DNA of 64,000 nucleotides from a virus. Below the pieces are notes generated by a model. The model saw nothing but the letters and a program-made list of their open reading frames with translations, was not told the origin of the DNA and searched no databases. Location of the stretch: IMG/VR virus record IMGVR_UViG_3300044832_000053, positions 14,926 through 78,925 of that record; one strand, 5' to 3'. How positions within the stretch are numbered: the first letter of the stretch is position 1; every line of letters begins with the position of its first letter. The position numbers and the translations under genes were made by a program. Shown one piece after another: positions 53,583-63,042 of the stretch.

Positions 53583-54624
53583 TCACCGGGCTGCCCTCAC
53601 CCAGTCCGTGATCGCGCGCCCCGCGTTCGGGCAGCCGCCGCCATGGCCGCCACCGCCGTAGGCGCGGCAGACCGGGCACACCACGACCGACGGGTCCGGG
53701 CCCGATCCGCCGGGGCCGACCCGGGTACCCGCAGGCGGGCTCCATTCCGCCAGGCGCTTCCAGGACGGGTAGGCCAGGTACATCGGGCCAGCGCCACTTA
53801 TGATCCCGGGCATCCTCAGGTACCGGGAGTAGTCATCCATCTGCCCGGTCAGCGCGCTGTCCTGTTCCCTCAGGTCCGGCGCGGACCCGGTCACCTGGTA
53901 GCTGGGCGGGCCTTCCTCCACCATCACCTGGGCCGCCAGGCCCGGCACCACAGTCCAGCCGCCTGCCTGGTCGGTCATGGACGCGGCAGCCAGCGCCGCC
54001 TCATCGGGCCCGTCAGCGTCCACGTCGGCGGACACGATCCCGCACCCCATCACGTAGAGGTAGCAGTGCCATCGGGAGGCGCTCATGACGTCGCCCGGCC
54101 CAGCTCATCAAGCGGGCAGCCCGCCGTGTGGCCGGTACCCGGCGCGGTCGGGCAGCACCGCCGGGGGAGGCCCGCGCCCGCACGGGTGACGCCAGGACCC
54201 CCGGTCGCACCCGGGACCTGGGGATTGCCTCTCCCGCCCCCTCCGCCTCCGCCAGTCGCGGTCACGCTGACCGCCGTGGCCCGGACGCCGAAGACGACGA
54301 TGGGCGAGACCTGGCTGCCGGGCAGCTCCATCAGCAGGCGGCGTCCCCGGATCAGCGCGGCCAGGGCCTGGCGGCGGGTCAGCCGGACACCGTAGCTGCG
54401 GTAGGCAGGAATCAGGATCTCCTCGCGCTCGCTCACGGGTTGCCCCCGTGGTCCCAGTCCGAGATCCCGGCGAGGAACGCGGACGCCTGGCCCGCCTCCA
54501 GCAGCCCCAGGGCCTCACGGGCGGTCGGCTTCGTCCGGCCGGTCACGCGGCACAGCCGGTAGCGGGCATGATCGGGAATCAGCAGCCAGGCCCGCACGAT
54601 TGCGGCCAGCATCCTGGTCTTCAC
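53583..54624 (-). other. Three small overlapping hypothetical genes (53583-54086, 54083-54436, 54433-54624)
   Basis: 4-nt overlaps; C-x2-C..H..C motifs in the first two. Confidence 0.45.
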
Positions 54625-54800
54625 CCAGGGTCCTCCTTGATCGTTATCTGCACTGGATACCCCTGCGGCCCGCGCTCCCTGGTCAGGGCACGGGCCGCAG
54701 GGGCCGCCCGGCTCCTCGCCTGCCTGCCCCCCGGGGACGGCGGCGTGTATGCCGGGAACTGGTTACATCCTAGGCACGGACGAGCGTGCAGCGCGCCATG

Positions 54801-55061
54801 TCAGGGCCGGGCGAACAGGACCCAGTGGTGCAGCAGCCATACGGTGGCCAGGACGCAGAATGTCCCGCTCATCATGGCGAATGGGAAGAGAATGGCCGCG
54901 ATAAGCCAGCCGTTAACCGTCCTATGTGCGGCCTCGCCTATATGGAAATTGGCTACCTGCCTGTCCCCGCCATTCCTGGTGCGCATTTCCGGGATTATCC
55001 CGATGCTCATGAGATCCGTTCCTGACTCGCGCCGCACAGGCTGGGTGAGCTGATTGTCCAC
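54801..55061 (-). CDS. Small membrane protein, lower GC
   Basis: C-terminal hydrophobic segment. Confidence 0.4.
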   Translation of the reverse strand: MDNQLTQPVRRESGTDLMSIGIIPEMRTRNGGDRQVANFHIGEAAHRTVNGWLIAAILFPFAMMSGTFCVLATVWLLHHWVLFARP

Positions 55062-55085
55062 GCCATTTTCCCCCCCTTGAGCATG

Positions 55086-55117
55086 ATGGTGGCCCGGCGT
55101 CATTGCCGGGCCACCAT
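55086..55117. terminator. 13-bp perfect hairpin
   Basis: ATGGTGGCCCGGC-GTCATT-GCCGGGCCACCAT just after stop of 55130-55339. Confidence 0.55.
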
Positions 55118-55129
55118 GCAGCCTATTGC

Positions 55130-55339
55130 CTAACCGCCTGGCCGCGCGGCCAGTACCCGTGAGATCGCCCGGTCCAGGTCGTCATCGGTTGCCTGGTTTG
55201 CATTCCAGGCATCGCGGGTGCGCTCCAGCGCCTCCAGCGCCTGCCACATCTCCATCGCCTTCGGCATCAGCCGGGTCACCATATCGGGCATGGCCCGGCT
55301 GGCTGCACGTTTCGGTGACAGTCCCGCCGGGAGTCTCAT
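55130..55339 (-). CDS. Hypothetical protein
   Basis: ATGA overlap, SD GGAGGA. Confidence 0.5.
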   Translation of the reverse strand: MRLPAGLSPKRAASRAMPDMVTRLMPKAMEMWQALEALERTRDAWNANQATDDDLDRAISRVLAARPGG

Positions 55340-56562
55340 GCCTGGTCCTCCCGCGCCGCCGCGTCGTGATCGGCCGCCGCGTACAGCGAGGGCCAGTGGT
55401 AGAACGGGCCCGGCCCGCGCTCAGACGGCGGCGGCCCGTCCGCCACGTAGCTTCCCGGCAGGTACTGACCTGATCGGTGGTGTGCTTCCACACCAGCAGT
55501 CCGCATGGCCGCACGCGCATCAGCGTCACCATACGCCTCAACCGCATGCCGCATGGTCGCGGCTACCTCCGCGCTGACGTGACCGGCCGCCTGGGCGATC
55601 GGCACAACCGGGGCCAGCCGGTCGCCAGCAGCCGCCTGATCGGTCCAGAGTGCCCCCGGCGGTGCACCGGGAGGGCCAGCCGCCATGACAGCCTCCTGGG
55701 CCCGCTCAGGCCCGCCGTAGGCTGCCGACTGCGTCCAGGGCTCGATCAGCTCGATCTTGTGCCAGGGCACCACGGCCCAGGTCCCGGCATCGCCTTCCAG
55801 CCGGACGTACCGATCGGTGATCTCCAGGAGCTGGCCCGCATCGGCGTGGGAGGCCCCGGCGGGCGTGATCCAGTGCACGACCGCCCAGGAGCCCGCCTCG
55901 AACGGCGCAACCGGCGGGGGCACGGCCATGGCCGTGGCGATGGCCGGGGGCTCCCGGCCGGTCTGCTCGTCCAGGTCCCGGCCAGCCGCAGCCAGGGCTG
56001 CGCTGACCTCCAGGGCCTGCTCCAGGGTGGCGTCCGGGTTGACGTTCAGCCGGGCCCGCAGCTCCGCCTCGATGTCGTTGAGGACCCCCACCGACACCCG
56101 CACCGGGATGCCCCGGTCCCGGGCCCCCTGGATGTTCATGGCCTGCTCGATGCCCATCCAGGCGGCCTGCTCAACCAGCACCGCGCCCCGGCTCCCGTCG
56201 GCAAGGTCGGCGGCCATGCCCAGGGCCGCGCGTCCCGGGCTGATCGGTGACTCCGGGAGGTTCCCCTGATCGGTCACGCCGGGCAGCTCAGGCTGCTCCG
56301 ATGTTTCCACACTGGTGCTGACCTGGGCTTCCGTGCGCTGCCGCCGCCACTCCCCGACCGCCTGGTCAGCCGCCTGCTGCACGGTCAGCCCGAAGGCGGG
56401 CAGCACGTCCCGGTAGGTGTCCCAGCTCTCGACGTGGGCGAGGTAGCCCTTGATCGAGCTGATGTTCCCCCGGGTCGGGTCCTCGGCCCACATCCTGGCG
56501 ACCGTCCCGGTCGCGTCCTCGCGGTCCTTCTGATCGGTCAGCCACTTCGCGAAGCTCACCAT
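55336..56562 (-). CDS. Hypothetical protein with N-terminal YozE-like domain
   Basis: Start MVSFAKWLTDQKDRED..G.VAR after GAGGAGG. Confidence 0.55.
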   Translation of the reverse strand: MVSFAKWLTDQKDREDATGTVARMWAEDPTRGNISSIKGYLAHVESWDTYRDVLPAFGLTVQQAADQAVGEWRRQRTEAQVSTSVETSEQPELPGVTDQGNLPESPISPGRAALGMAADLADGSRGAVLVEQAAWMGIEQAMNIQGARDRGIPVRVSVGVLNDIEAELRARLNVNPDATLEQALEVSAALAAAGRDLDEQTGREPPAIATAMAVPPPVAPFEAGSWAVVHWITPAGASHADAGQLLEITDRYVRLEGDAGTWAVVPWHKIELIEPWTQSAAYGGPERAQEAVMAAGPPGAPPGALWTDQAAAGDRLAPVVPIAQAAGHVSAEVAATMRHAVEAYGDADARAAMRTAGVEAHHRSGQYLPGSYVADGPPPSERGPGPFYHWPSLYAAADHDAAAREDQA

Positions 56563-56598
56563 CGGTTCCTCCTCGTTGATCTTGCTCAGATTTATCTG

Positions 56599-56938
56599 GT
56601 GAAGGCGTGAAGGCGTGAAGGGAGATCCTACCCTGGCCCCTAGGGAACACAGGGGGGCGTGTATCCCCCGATCACATACCTCACATACAACTATACCTGA
56701 CCTGCATGAACATACATATCTCATATATATCTGAGCCCACATATATATACATATATCTGTACCTCCTTCTCCTGATGCGTACTTACTACCTACCCTTCAC
56801 ACCCTTCACAAGATATATAGAGAGAAGAGAAGTAGCAGGTCAGAGAGGGTTTTTGCGCGTGAAGGGTCCGGCCGGTCATCCTTCACCAGCCTTCACCGTC
56901 GTTCACGCTTCAAGATCATCTGTGAAGGGTTGTGAAGG
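56599..56938. other. Putative replication origin: GTGAAGG iterons around an AT-rich core
   Basis: Ten GTGAAGG/CCTTCAC copies; ATATATAT-rich tract at about 56710-56760; directly after helicase stop. Confidence 0.7.
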
Positions 56939-56945
56939 GTTGCGG

Positions 56946-58541
56946 TCAGCGCGGGACCCAGGTCTCCTTGGCCATCACGAGCCCGGTGAACCTGTTCCCG
57001 TCCCGGGTGTGCACCACCGGGTTGCGGCGTCCCACCTTGGCGCTGAACGACTTCTGGGTGCCCGGGTAGTCGATGCCCTGGGCCTCGCACCAGGCCCGGT
57101 AGAGCAGGTACAGGTGGCTGCTGCGGGCCCAGGCCGACGGATCGGTGCCGGACGCCTGGGCCAGCACCTCGTCGTTGATCATCTCGGTGATGAAGGCCAG
57201 CGGGTTCTCGGTCTGGTCGGCCAGGTCCTCGCGGTGCGCAACCATGGAGGCGGGCAGCTCATCCGGGGTCCAGCCTGCGTCCCGCATGCCCCGCTCGGCA
57301 GCCAGGTGATCCATCAGCAGCCGCAGGATGCCGGGCAGCTCGGCTGACAGGTTCTCAAGCAGGTGCGGGTCGGCCACCCCGTACCCGGCGCTGAACCGGA
57401 CTGGCTCCAGCCGGGCCAGTGAGCCAGCGTCGGCGGTGTTGTAGGGGATCGGGTCGTTGCTCGCGGCCATGATCGTGCCCTGCGGGGTCCACACCACGTA
57501 GCCCTGGTTTTTCGCGGCGGTGCGCTGGGCGTCCCGGCCGGTGATCGCCTTGATCAGGGACTCATCCAGCCGCTTCCCGCTCGGCGGTTCCGACGTCAGC
57601 ACCAGCCTCATGCCGCGCAGCTCGTGCCGGGCAAATCCGCCATCGGTCTTGCCCGCCAGGAACGTCTCCACCGCCACCGGGCCCGCGTACCCCCCGGCGA
57701 GGCGCAGCAGCAGCGCGATCAGGGTTGACTTCCCGCTATCGGGCTCACCGATCAGGTTGAGCCAGCCCTTGCGCGGCATCAGCCCGGCCAGGGCGCAGGC
57801 AGTGCGCCAGCACAGCCACCAGCGCTGCCACGGGTCCGGGACCGAGGTGGCCAGGAAGCGCTCGAAGTGGGGGCACACGGCGTCCGGGTCGTAGGCAAGG
57901 CCCGGGGCCAGCCGCCTGGTGGCCAGGAAGCCGGGCCCGGGAGCATGCGTGATCACCCGGCCCAGTTCGATGGTGGCCGATGCGTCGATCACCTGGCCCT
58001 CGCAGGCGATGTACCCGGTGGTGGCCGCGTCGAGCAGGTCGTCATCGGCGTGGCAGTGCCTCTCCAGGGAGGTGATCAGCGCGCTCTGGCCTGCGCTGCC
58101 CCGGATCTTGGCCGCGTACCCGCGCTGGAGCTTCCAGGCCGACTTGGGACCGTCCCAGGCCAGCATGGCATCGGCGTAGATCTTCTCCCGCTCCTGCGCG
58201 TTCTTGGTGGCGTTGGAGGGGGCGTCCCGGACCGCTGCCGCGATGGCCTCGAAGCCAGCCTGGATGGTCTCCAGCACCCCGGCGTATACCCGGGCCAGCA
58301 GCTCGGCCGCCTTGACCGCCAGCTCGTGGCAGGCGGCCCAGACCGATCCGTCCCACTGACGCCAGGTCCGGGTCTGGGTCCCGTAGCTGATCGGCACGCC
58401 GCTGACCGAGCACATCCAGGCAATGGCGGTAGCCGATGACAGGTCATCAACCGGCAGGGACCTGCGTATATCAGCAGGATGCAGTGGCTGGCCATCGGCG
58501 TGGGTAAACCACTCCGGCCCGATCGGCAGGTAACTGACCAT
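56946..58541 (-). CDS. SF3 (D5/P4-type) DNA helicase
   Basis: WRQWDGSVW, YDPDAVCPHFERFL, GEPDSGKST, IKAITG.D, ASN. Confidence 0.9.
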   Translation of the reverse strand: MVSYLPIGPEWFTHADGQPLHPADIRRSLPVDDLSSATAIAWMCSVSGVPISYGTQTRTWRQWDGSVWAACHELAVKAAELLARVYAGVLETIQAGFEAIAAAVRDAPSNATKNAQEREKIYADAMLAWDGPKSAWKLQRGYAAKIRGSAGQSALITSLERHCHADDDLLDAATTGYIACEGQVIDASATIELGRVITHAPGPGFLATRRLAPGLAYDPDAVCPHFERFLATSVPDPWQRWWLCWRTACALAGLMPRKGWLNLIGEPDSGKSTLIALLLRLAGGYAGPVAVETFLAGKTDGGFARHELRGMRLVLTSEPPSGKRLDESLIKAITGRDAQRTAAKNQGYVVWTPQGTIMAASNDPIPYNTADAGSLARLEPVRFSAGYGVADPHLLENLSAELPGILRLLMDHLAAERGMRDAGWTPDELPASMVAHREDLADQTENPLAFITEMINDEVLAQASGTDPSAWARSSHLYLLYRAWCEAQGIDYPGTQKSFSAKVGRRNPVVHTRDGNRFTGLVMAKETWVPR

Positions 58542-58767
58542 TCCCGCTGTCTCCTAGCCGGGAAGGATGTCAAGACTGGGATGCGGATTCCGGTGCCGAT
58601 GTTGTATCGTGCTCACGGATGGTCTCCAGGTGATCGGTTTTCGCAGACGGAACACCGATGGGGCTTTGATATAGCGGGGCCGCGCCAGGGGCTGGAGCGC
58701 GGCCCCGCAGCATCGGTTCAGGGGCTCCAAGGGTGGGGTCAAGGATGCCACTGCGGCGGGGGTGGCG

Positions 58768-59763
58768 CTACCTTCCCAGGGAACGCCAGCGGTTCACCAG
58801 CTCGCGCTCGTGCAAGACCTTGGCCGCATGGAACTTATGTGCCGACTCGATGAGCACCAGCACCTCGCGCCAGCCGAAACCTGTCCTGTCTGACGCCTCC
58901 CACACGGAACGGATGTCCGCAGTGACCTGGGTTAGATCGCCGTTGCGCTTACGGAACCTTGAGCAGGCCAGACGATAGAGAACCTCGTTGCGCTCGCCGT
59001 AGGGGACTCCCACCGACTGGAGCTGCTCGAAGTCAGCATCGGAACTGCCCAGGCCAGTCTGTGCAGCTACCTGGGCCGCCAGCTTTTCCGGGTCAGGAGG
59101 CGGGGTCCAGGCCAGCCAGTCAAAGATCCACTCGGGAGCCTCGGGCACACTGCACGGGCAGCCCCTGGTCCATATGTAGGGCACGAGCACGGGTTCAGGC
59201 ATAGATTCCCCGGGTGGCTGCAATCCTGCTGTCATCTTGCGTGATGGCGGGGCGACCACCAGGCCGCCGTCCCCTTTCACATCCACCCCGGGCAGGATGG
59301 CCGGGCGCTCCGGGATCTTGAGGCCAGCCGGGGTCCGCAGCCAGATGTGCTGGCCCCCCGACGGGGTCAGCACGGCGGGCGGGGGTTCCCAGCCGATCGA
59401 AAGCCTGTACTCGGCCATGAAGCGGGCGAATTCCTCGATCCCGTTCGGGCCGCTCTTGACATCCAGGTCGATGACCATCAGGCAGGAGGACGATCCGGTG
59501 GCCACCCCGACGTTGGCGGCCGGGTCAAGGTCGCGCCAGGCCCACGGCACCAGGCGCTCGTCGCGGGTGGCCCAGTGCACGCCGCCAAGGCCGCCAGGGC
59601 CAGGCCCGCGCAGGGGGAGCATCGGGTGCGGCTTCTTGCCCCCGCGCACCAGGGGCAGCACCGCGTACCCCATCCGCTGGTAGCGCAGCGCGGCGCTGCC
59701 GAAACCGCCGATCTCAGGTGAGATCGCGCTGGCGTCCTCGAAGCCGGGGCAGCCGCAGGTCAT
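58768..59763 (-). CDS. Bifunctional primase/polymerase (Prim-Pol) with C-terminal PriCT-like domain
   Basis: ANVGVATG..VIDLD, TPSGGQHIW, DVKGDGGLVVAPPS, GERNEVLY. Confidence 0.9.
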   Translation of the reverse strand: MTCGCPGFEDASAISPEIGGFGSAALRYQRMGYAVLPLVRGGKKPHPMLPLRGPGPGGLGGVHWATRDERLVPWAWRDLDPAANVGVATGSSSCLMVIDLDVKSGPNGIEEFARFMAEYRLSIGWEPPPAVLTPSGGQHIWLRTPAGLKIPERPAILPGVDVKGDGGLVVAPPSRKMTAGLQPPGESMPEPVLVPYIWTRGCPCSVPEAPEWIFDWLAWTPPPDPEKLAAQVAAQTGLGSSDADFEQLQSVGVPYGERNEVLYRLACSRFRKRNGDLTQVTADIRSVWEASDRTGFGWREVLVLIESAHKFHAAKVLHERELVNRWRSLGR

Positions 59764-59880
59764 GCCCGGCCCCCGTAGTACAGGCACCAGCTCCAGTGCA
59801 CCGTGGTGGCCGCGCCAGGCCGGGCGACCCCGCAGAACCCGCACGGGGGCTCGCGGTCGTCCCTGACCGGGACCGGGGGC

Positions 59881-60270
59881 TCAGGCGGCTGCGCAGGCAT
59901 CGCACACCCCGTAGATGATCGAGACCGGCGGGGCCAGGATTCCCGCCTTCCCGCTGATGCCCATGATCAGGCCGGGCAGCTCGATGGAGCGGACCGCTAC
60001 CCGCCGGTCATCAGGGACCCTGAAACAGACGTCGCACGCCTCGTTATCGGTGACCGCGATCACCTGCTGGGCGCAGGACGCGCACAGCACCATCGGGTGC
60101 CAGGCCAGAATCCAGGCGGCATCGGTCCCGGCCAGCGGACTGTGGGCGCAGGTGAACCCATCGGTCCCGGCCTTCTCCCTGATCCAGGCCCGCAGGCGGG
60201 CGGCGACCGCCAGGTCAGGTTTCCCCGGCTCGATCGGCTCAGAATGGAACTGCGGCGTGGCTGCGGCCAT
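59881..60270 (-). CDS. Cys-rich hypothetical protein
   Basis: CAH, CASC, CDVC, CDAC. Confidence 0.5.
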   Translation of the reverse strand: MAAATPQFHSEPIEPGKPDLAVAARLRAWIREKAGTDGFTCAHSPLAGTDAAWILAWHPMVLCASCAQQVIAVTDNEACDVCFRVPDDRRVAVRSIELPGLIMGISGKAGILAPPVSIIYGVCDACAAA

Positions 60271-60309
60271 GGCTGTATCGTCTCCTGGGATCGTGGATCG
60301 TGTTGCGCG

Positions 60310-60395
60310 CAAGGAATACTACCCCCTGTTTCTCTGTTGACATCCTTGTATGCCCTCAAGCCAAGATCAAGATCGACAAGGAGAACAACACCCGG
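60310..60395. promoter_or_regulatory. Divergent promoter region with repeated box at 60335-60347
   Basis: Strand switch; TAGTAT on minus strand; TGTTGACATCCTT. Confidence 0.55.
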
Positions 60396-61346
60396 ATGAG
60401 CAAGATCGCTTACCTGCCCGATGTTTTCAACGCGGTCCAGCTCGATGTCATCGAGCGGGCCGAGCAGATCTGCCAGGACTACGCGGCCCAGGGCTACTCC
60501 CTGACGCTGCGGCAGCTCTACTACCGATTCATCGCCACCGATGCCTTTCCTGAGTCACGCCGGAACGCGGCCGGGACCAAGAACAACCAGCAGAACTACA
60601 AGTGGCTGGGTGACCTGGTGGCCCGTGCGAGGGTGGCCGGGCGGATCGACTGGCGGCACATCGAGGACCGGACCCGCGAGGCGTCGGGCGGGGACGCGGG
60701 CTGGGATTCCCCCGGCTCGGCGGTCGGCTCGATCAGCGACTGGTACTCGATCTCCAAGTGGGACGGCCAGGAGAACTACACCGAGGTCTGGGTGGAGAAG
60801 GAAGCCCTGATCGACGTCATCTCCCGGCCCGCCAGCCGGTGGAACGTCCGGCACTTCGCGTGCAAGGGCTACGTGAGCGTGTCCGCGATGCACGACGCGG
60901 CCCAGCGGCTGCGCCGCGAGGAGCGCGCGGGCAAGACCACCTCGGTGATCCACCTGGGCGACCACGACCCGAGCGGGATCGACATGACCCGCGACATCCA
61001 GGACCGGCTGGCCACGTTCCGCTCCACCGCGACGGTGGACCGGATCGCGCTCAACATGGATCAGGTGACGGCGCTGAACCCGCCGCCTTCCCCGGCCAAG
61101 ATCACTGACAGCCGGGCCGCCGACTACATCGACACCTACGGGGACGACTCCTGGGAGCTGGACGCGATCGAGCCAGCCGATCTGGAGGCCCTGGCCGAGC
61201 GGGCGATCCTGGCCCTCCTTGACCGGGGCATGTGGAACGCCCGGGTGGAGCAGGAGGAGGCCGAGAAGCGCATCCTGACCGCCCTGAGCACTAACTGGGA
61301 CGAGGTCCAGGAGTTCATCACCGCCAACGGAATGCTCGATGAGTGA
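60396..61346 (+). CDS. Toprim-domain protein (TopoVI-A/Spo11-like)
   Basis: TLRQLYYRF, EVWVEKEAL, HLGDHDPSG, RIALN, WELDA. Confidence 0.8.
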   Translation: MSKIAYLPDVFNAVQLDVIERAEQICQDYAAQGYSLTLRQLYYRFIATDAFPESRRNAAGTKNNQQNYKWLGDLVARARVAGRIDWRHIEDRTREASGGDAGWDSPGSAVGSISDWYSISKWDGQENYTEVWVEKEALIDVISRPASRWNVRHFACKGYVSVSAMHDAAQRLRREERAGKTTSVIHLGDHDPSGIDMTRDIQDRLATFRSTATVDRIALNMDQVTALNPPPSPAKITDSRAADYIDTYGDDSWELDAIEPADLEALAERAILALLDRGMWNARVEQEEAEKRILTALSTNWDEVQEFITANGMLDE

Positions 61347-61454
61347 TCATGGTTCTACCAGGACGGCTGCCGTGTGCCAGACGGCGGCCGTCCTGCTTCC
61401 TGGTAGCCTCCAGGTGAGCGAGAGCACTGCAACGGATCAAGATCGAGGTGGGAG

Positions 61455-62009
61455 GTGAGCCCGCAAATGACCCTTGTCAAGATTGAGCTGGAACACCAGG
61501 TCAAGACCTTCGAGGGACGCGAGATCGGGCGGGTTTCGACCCGCGACTTCCCCGAGGAGAACTCCGCATTCCGCGCCCGCTGGGTGGACATGGCCCTGTA
61601 CGCGCTGGATTCCGGCGGCTACGTGCTGCACCGGGTCGGCCGGTCGGTTGTTTACCACGTCAAGGGGGGAGCCTGCGGGGCGGGCGAGCCCAATACCCGC
61701 ACCGCCGGATCGGTGAGGGTGACCGTGGACGGGCTGCCCGATGACGCCGAGCCCTGCCGGATCTGCAAGCCCGAGGACCCCGAGTACCTGCCCGAGAAGG
61801 TGCAGGTACTGCTGGAGCAGCCCCGGCATACCGTTGACAGGTGCGCCGATGTGGCCACGGTGATCCGCCGGATCACCATCGCCCGGCACCGGGGGTCCGG
61901 GATCACCTCCACGGCCGTCTCCCGGCCGGTGGGCGACCTGATCGCCCAGGCCATGGCCAACGACGAGGGTTTCGCCAGCGCGCCCAAGCCCGAAGAGAAG
62001 ATCGGCTGA
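61455..62009 (+). CDS. Hypothetical protein
   Basis: RW..MALY..GYV..RVGRSVVYH..C..CRIC. Confidence 0.6.
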   Translation: MSPQMTLVKIELEHQVKTFEGREIGRVSTRDFPEENSAFRARWVDMALYALDSGGYVLHRVGRSVVYHVKGGACGAGEPNTRTAGSVRVTVDGLPDDAEPCRICKPEDPEYLPEKVQVLLEQPRHTVDRCADVATVIRRITIARHRGSGITSTAVSRPVGDLIAQAMANDEGFASAPKPEEKIG

Positions 62010-62027
62010 CCAGGAGGAAGATCCAGG

Positions 62028-62324
62028 ATGGGCAAGTCCACGATCACGGTGTCCCGCCAGCAGATCCCCTACACCACCGAGCTGGAGACGCTGTCCTGCG
62101 GGGAGTGCGAGATCCCGTTCGCGATACCGTCCTCCCGGCACCGCAAGCTGGAGACTGATCAGCGCAAGGCGGCCGAGCGCAAGTCCAGCGCCCGCAAGGG
62201 CGTGATCACCCGGATGCGCGGCAAGCTGGCCCAGGGCAAGTGCACCGAGTGTGACACCGACTTCCCGGACCTGGCCGGGCACATGCATGAGGCTCATCCT
62301 GATTTTGAGAAGGCCGACTCATGA
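62028..62324 (+). CDS. C2H2 Zn-finger protein
   Basis: CTECDTDFPDLAGHMHEAH; SD AGGAGG. Confidence 0.6.
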   Translation: MGKSTITVSRQQIPYTTELETLSCGECEIPFAIPSSRHRKLETDQRKAAERKSSARKGVITRMRGKLAQGKCTECDTDFPDLAGHMHEAHPDFEKADS

Positions 62325-62887
62325 CCCCTGAACCTGGTGATTTCTTCGTCACCTCAACCGGCGGGCTTGGCGGCCTGACGATCGGCGTGCTGGAGTCCGC
62401 CATCATGGACGACTGGGACAAAGGCCCGTCGAAATGGCGTCACGCCGGGATATACCTAGGTGGCGGAATGGTCCTCCAGGCTGAACCCGGTGGCGCTGTG
62501 ATCGTTGCCCGCAGGCCCAATCCCGCTGACATATGGAGCACCGGGGTCCTGCCTCTCACCCCGGCACAGAGGGCCCTGGTGCCCGCGCTCGCGGAGTCCT
62601 ACCGGGGCATCGGCTACTCGTGGCTGGATTACGCGGCGCTCGGCGCGCACCACGGTCACGTCCCTGACCTGCCAGTGTGGCCTGAGGGGGATCACCTGGT
62701 GACGCTCCAGCAGTTCATCGAATCCACCCACCACCAGATGTGCAGCTTCATGGTGGACAATTTCCGGCTCCGGCTCGGTGATCACCTGTTCGGCACGCAG
62801 GCTAAGCCGCCGACCCCGTCCCGCTGGTCTGGGTACGTCATGCCCTGGGACCTTGGGCACCTGCTGGAAACACAAGGGGCAAAATAG
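62321..62887 (+). CDS. Permuted papain-like amidase (NlpC/P60, YiiX/YaeF type)
   Basis: PGD..WRHAGIY..A..G.GYSW..MCS, His before Cys. Confidence 0.75.
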   Translation: MTPEPGDFFVTSTGGLGGLTIGVLESAIMDDWDKGPSKWRHAGIYLGGGMVLQAEPGGAVIVARRPNPADIWSTGVLPLTPAQRALVPALAESYRGIGYSWLDYAALGAHHGHVPDLPVWPEGDHLVTLQQFIESTHHQMCSFMVDNFRLRLGDHLFGTQAKPPTPSRWSGYVMPWDLGHLLETQGAK

Positions 62888-63039
62888 TGGCCGGAGAGCA
62901 CAAGAAGCACCTTCCCCAGGAGAAATACAACAAGAAGGTGAAGAGTGATGACGCTACTCCAAAATCTCTCCGCCGTCTTTCCCGAGGCCAAGGCGAGCAG
63001 ACAAAGCGTGACGCCAAAACCCCCCAGCGGAAAAAGTAA
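62887..63039 (+). CDS. Small basic protein (50 aa, not in track)
   Basis: GTG overlapping previous stop; Lys/Arg-rich; ends 3 nt before polymerase ATG. Confidence 0.45.
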   Translation: MAGEHKKHLPQEKYNKKVKSDDATPKSLRRLSRGQGEQTKRDAKTPQRKK

Positions 63040-63042
63040 GGA

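Noticed and set aside
56563-57347. ORF 56706-57347 (+) and the 5' extension of 55336-56742
   Set aside because: They translate the AT-rich origin; a strong SD supports a start at 56562
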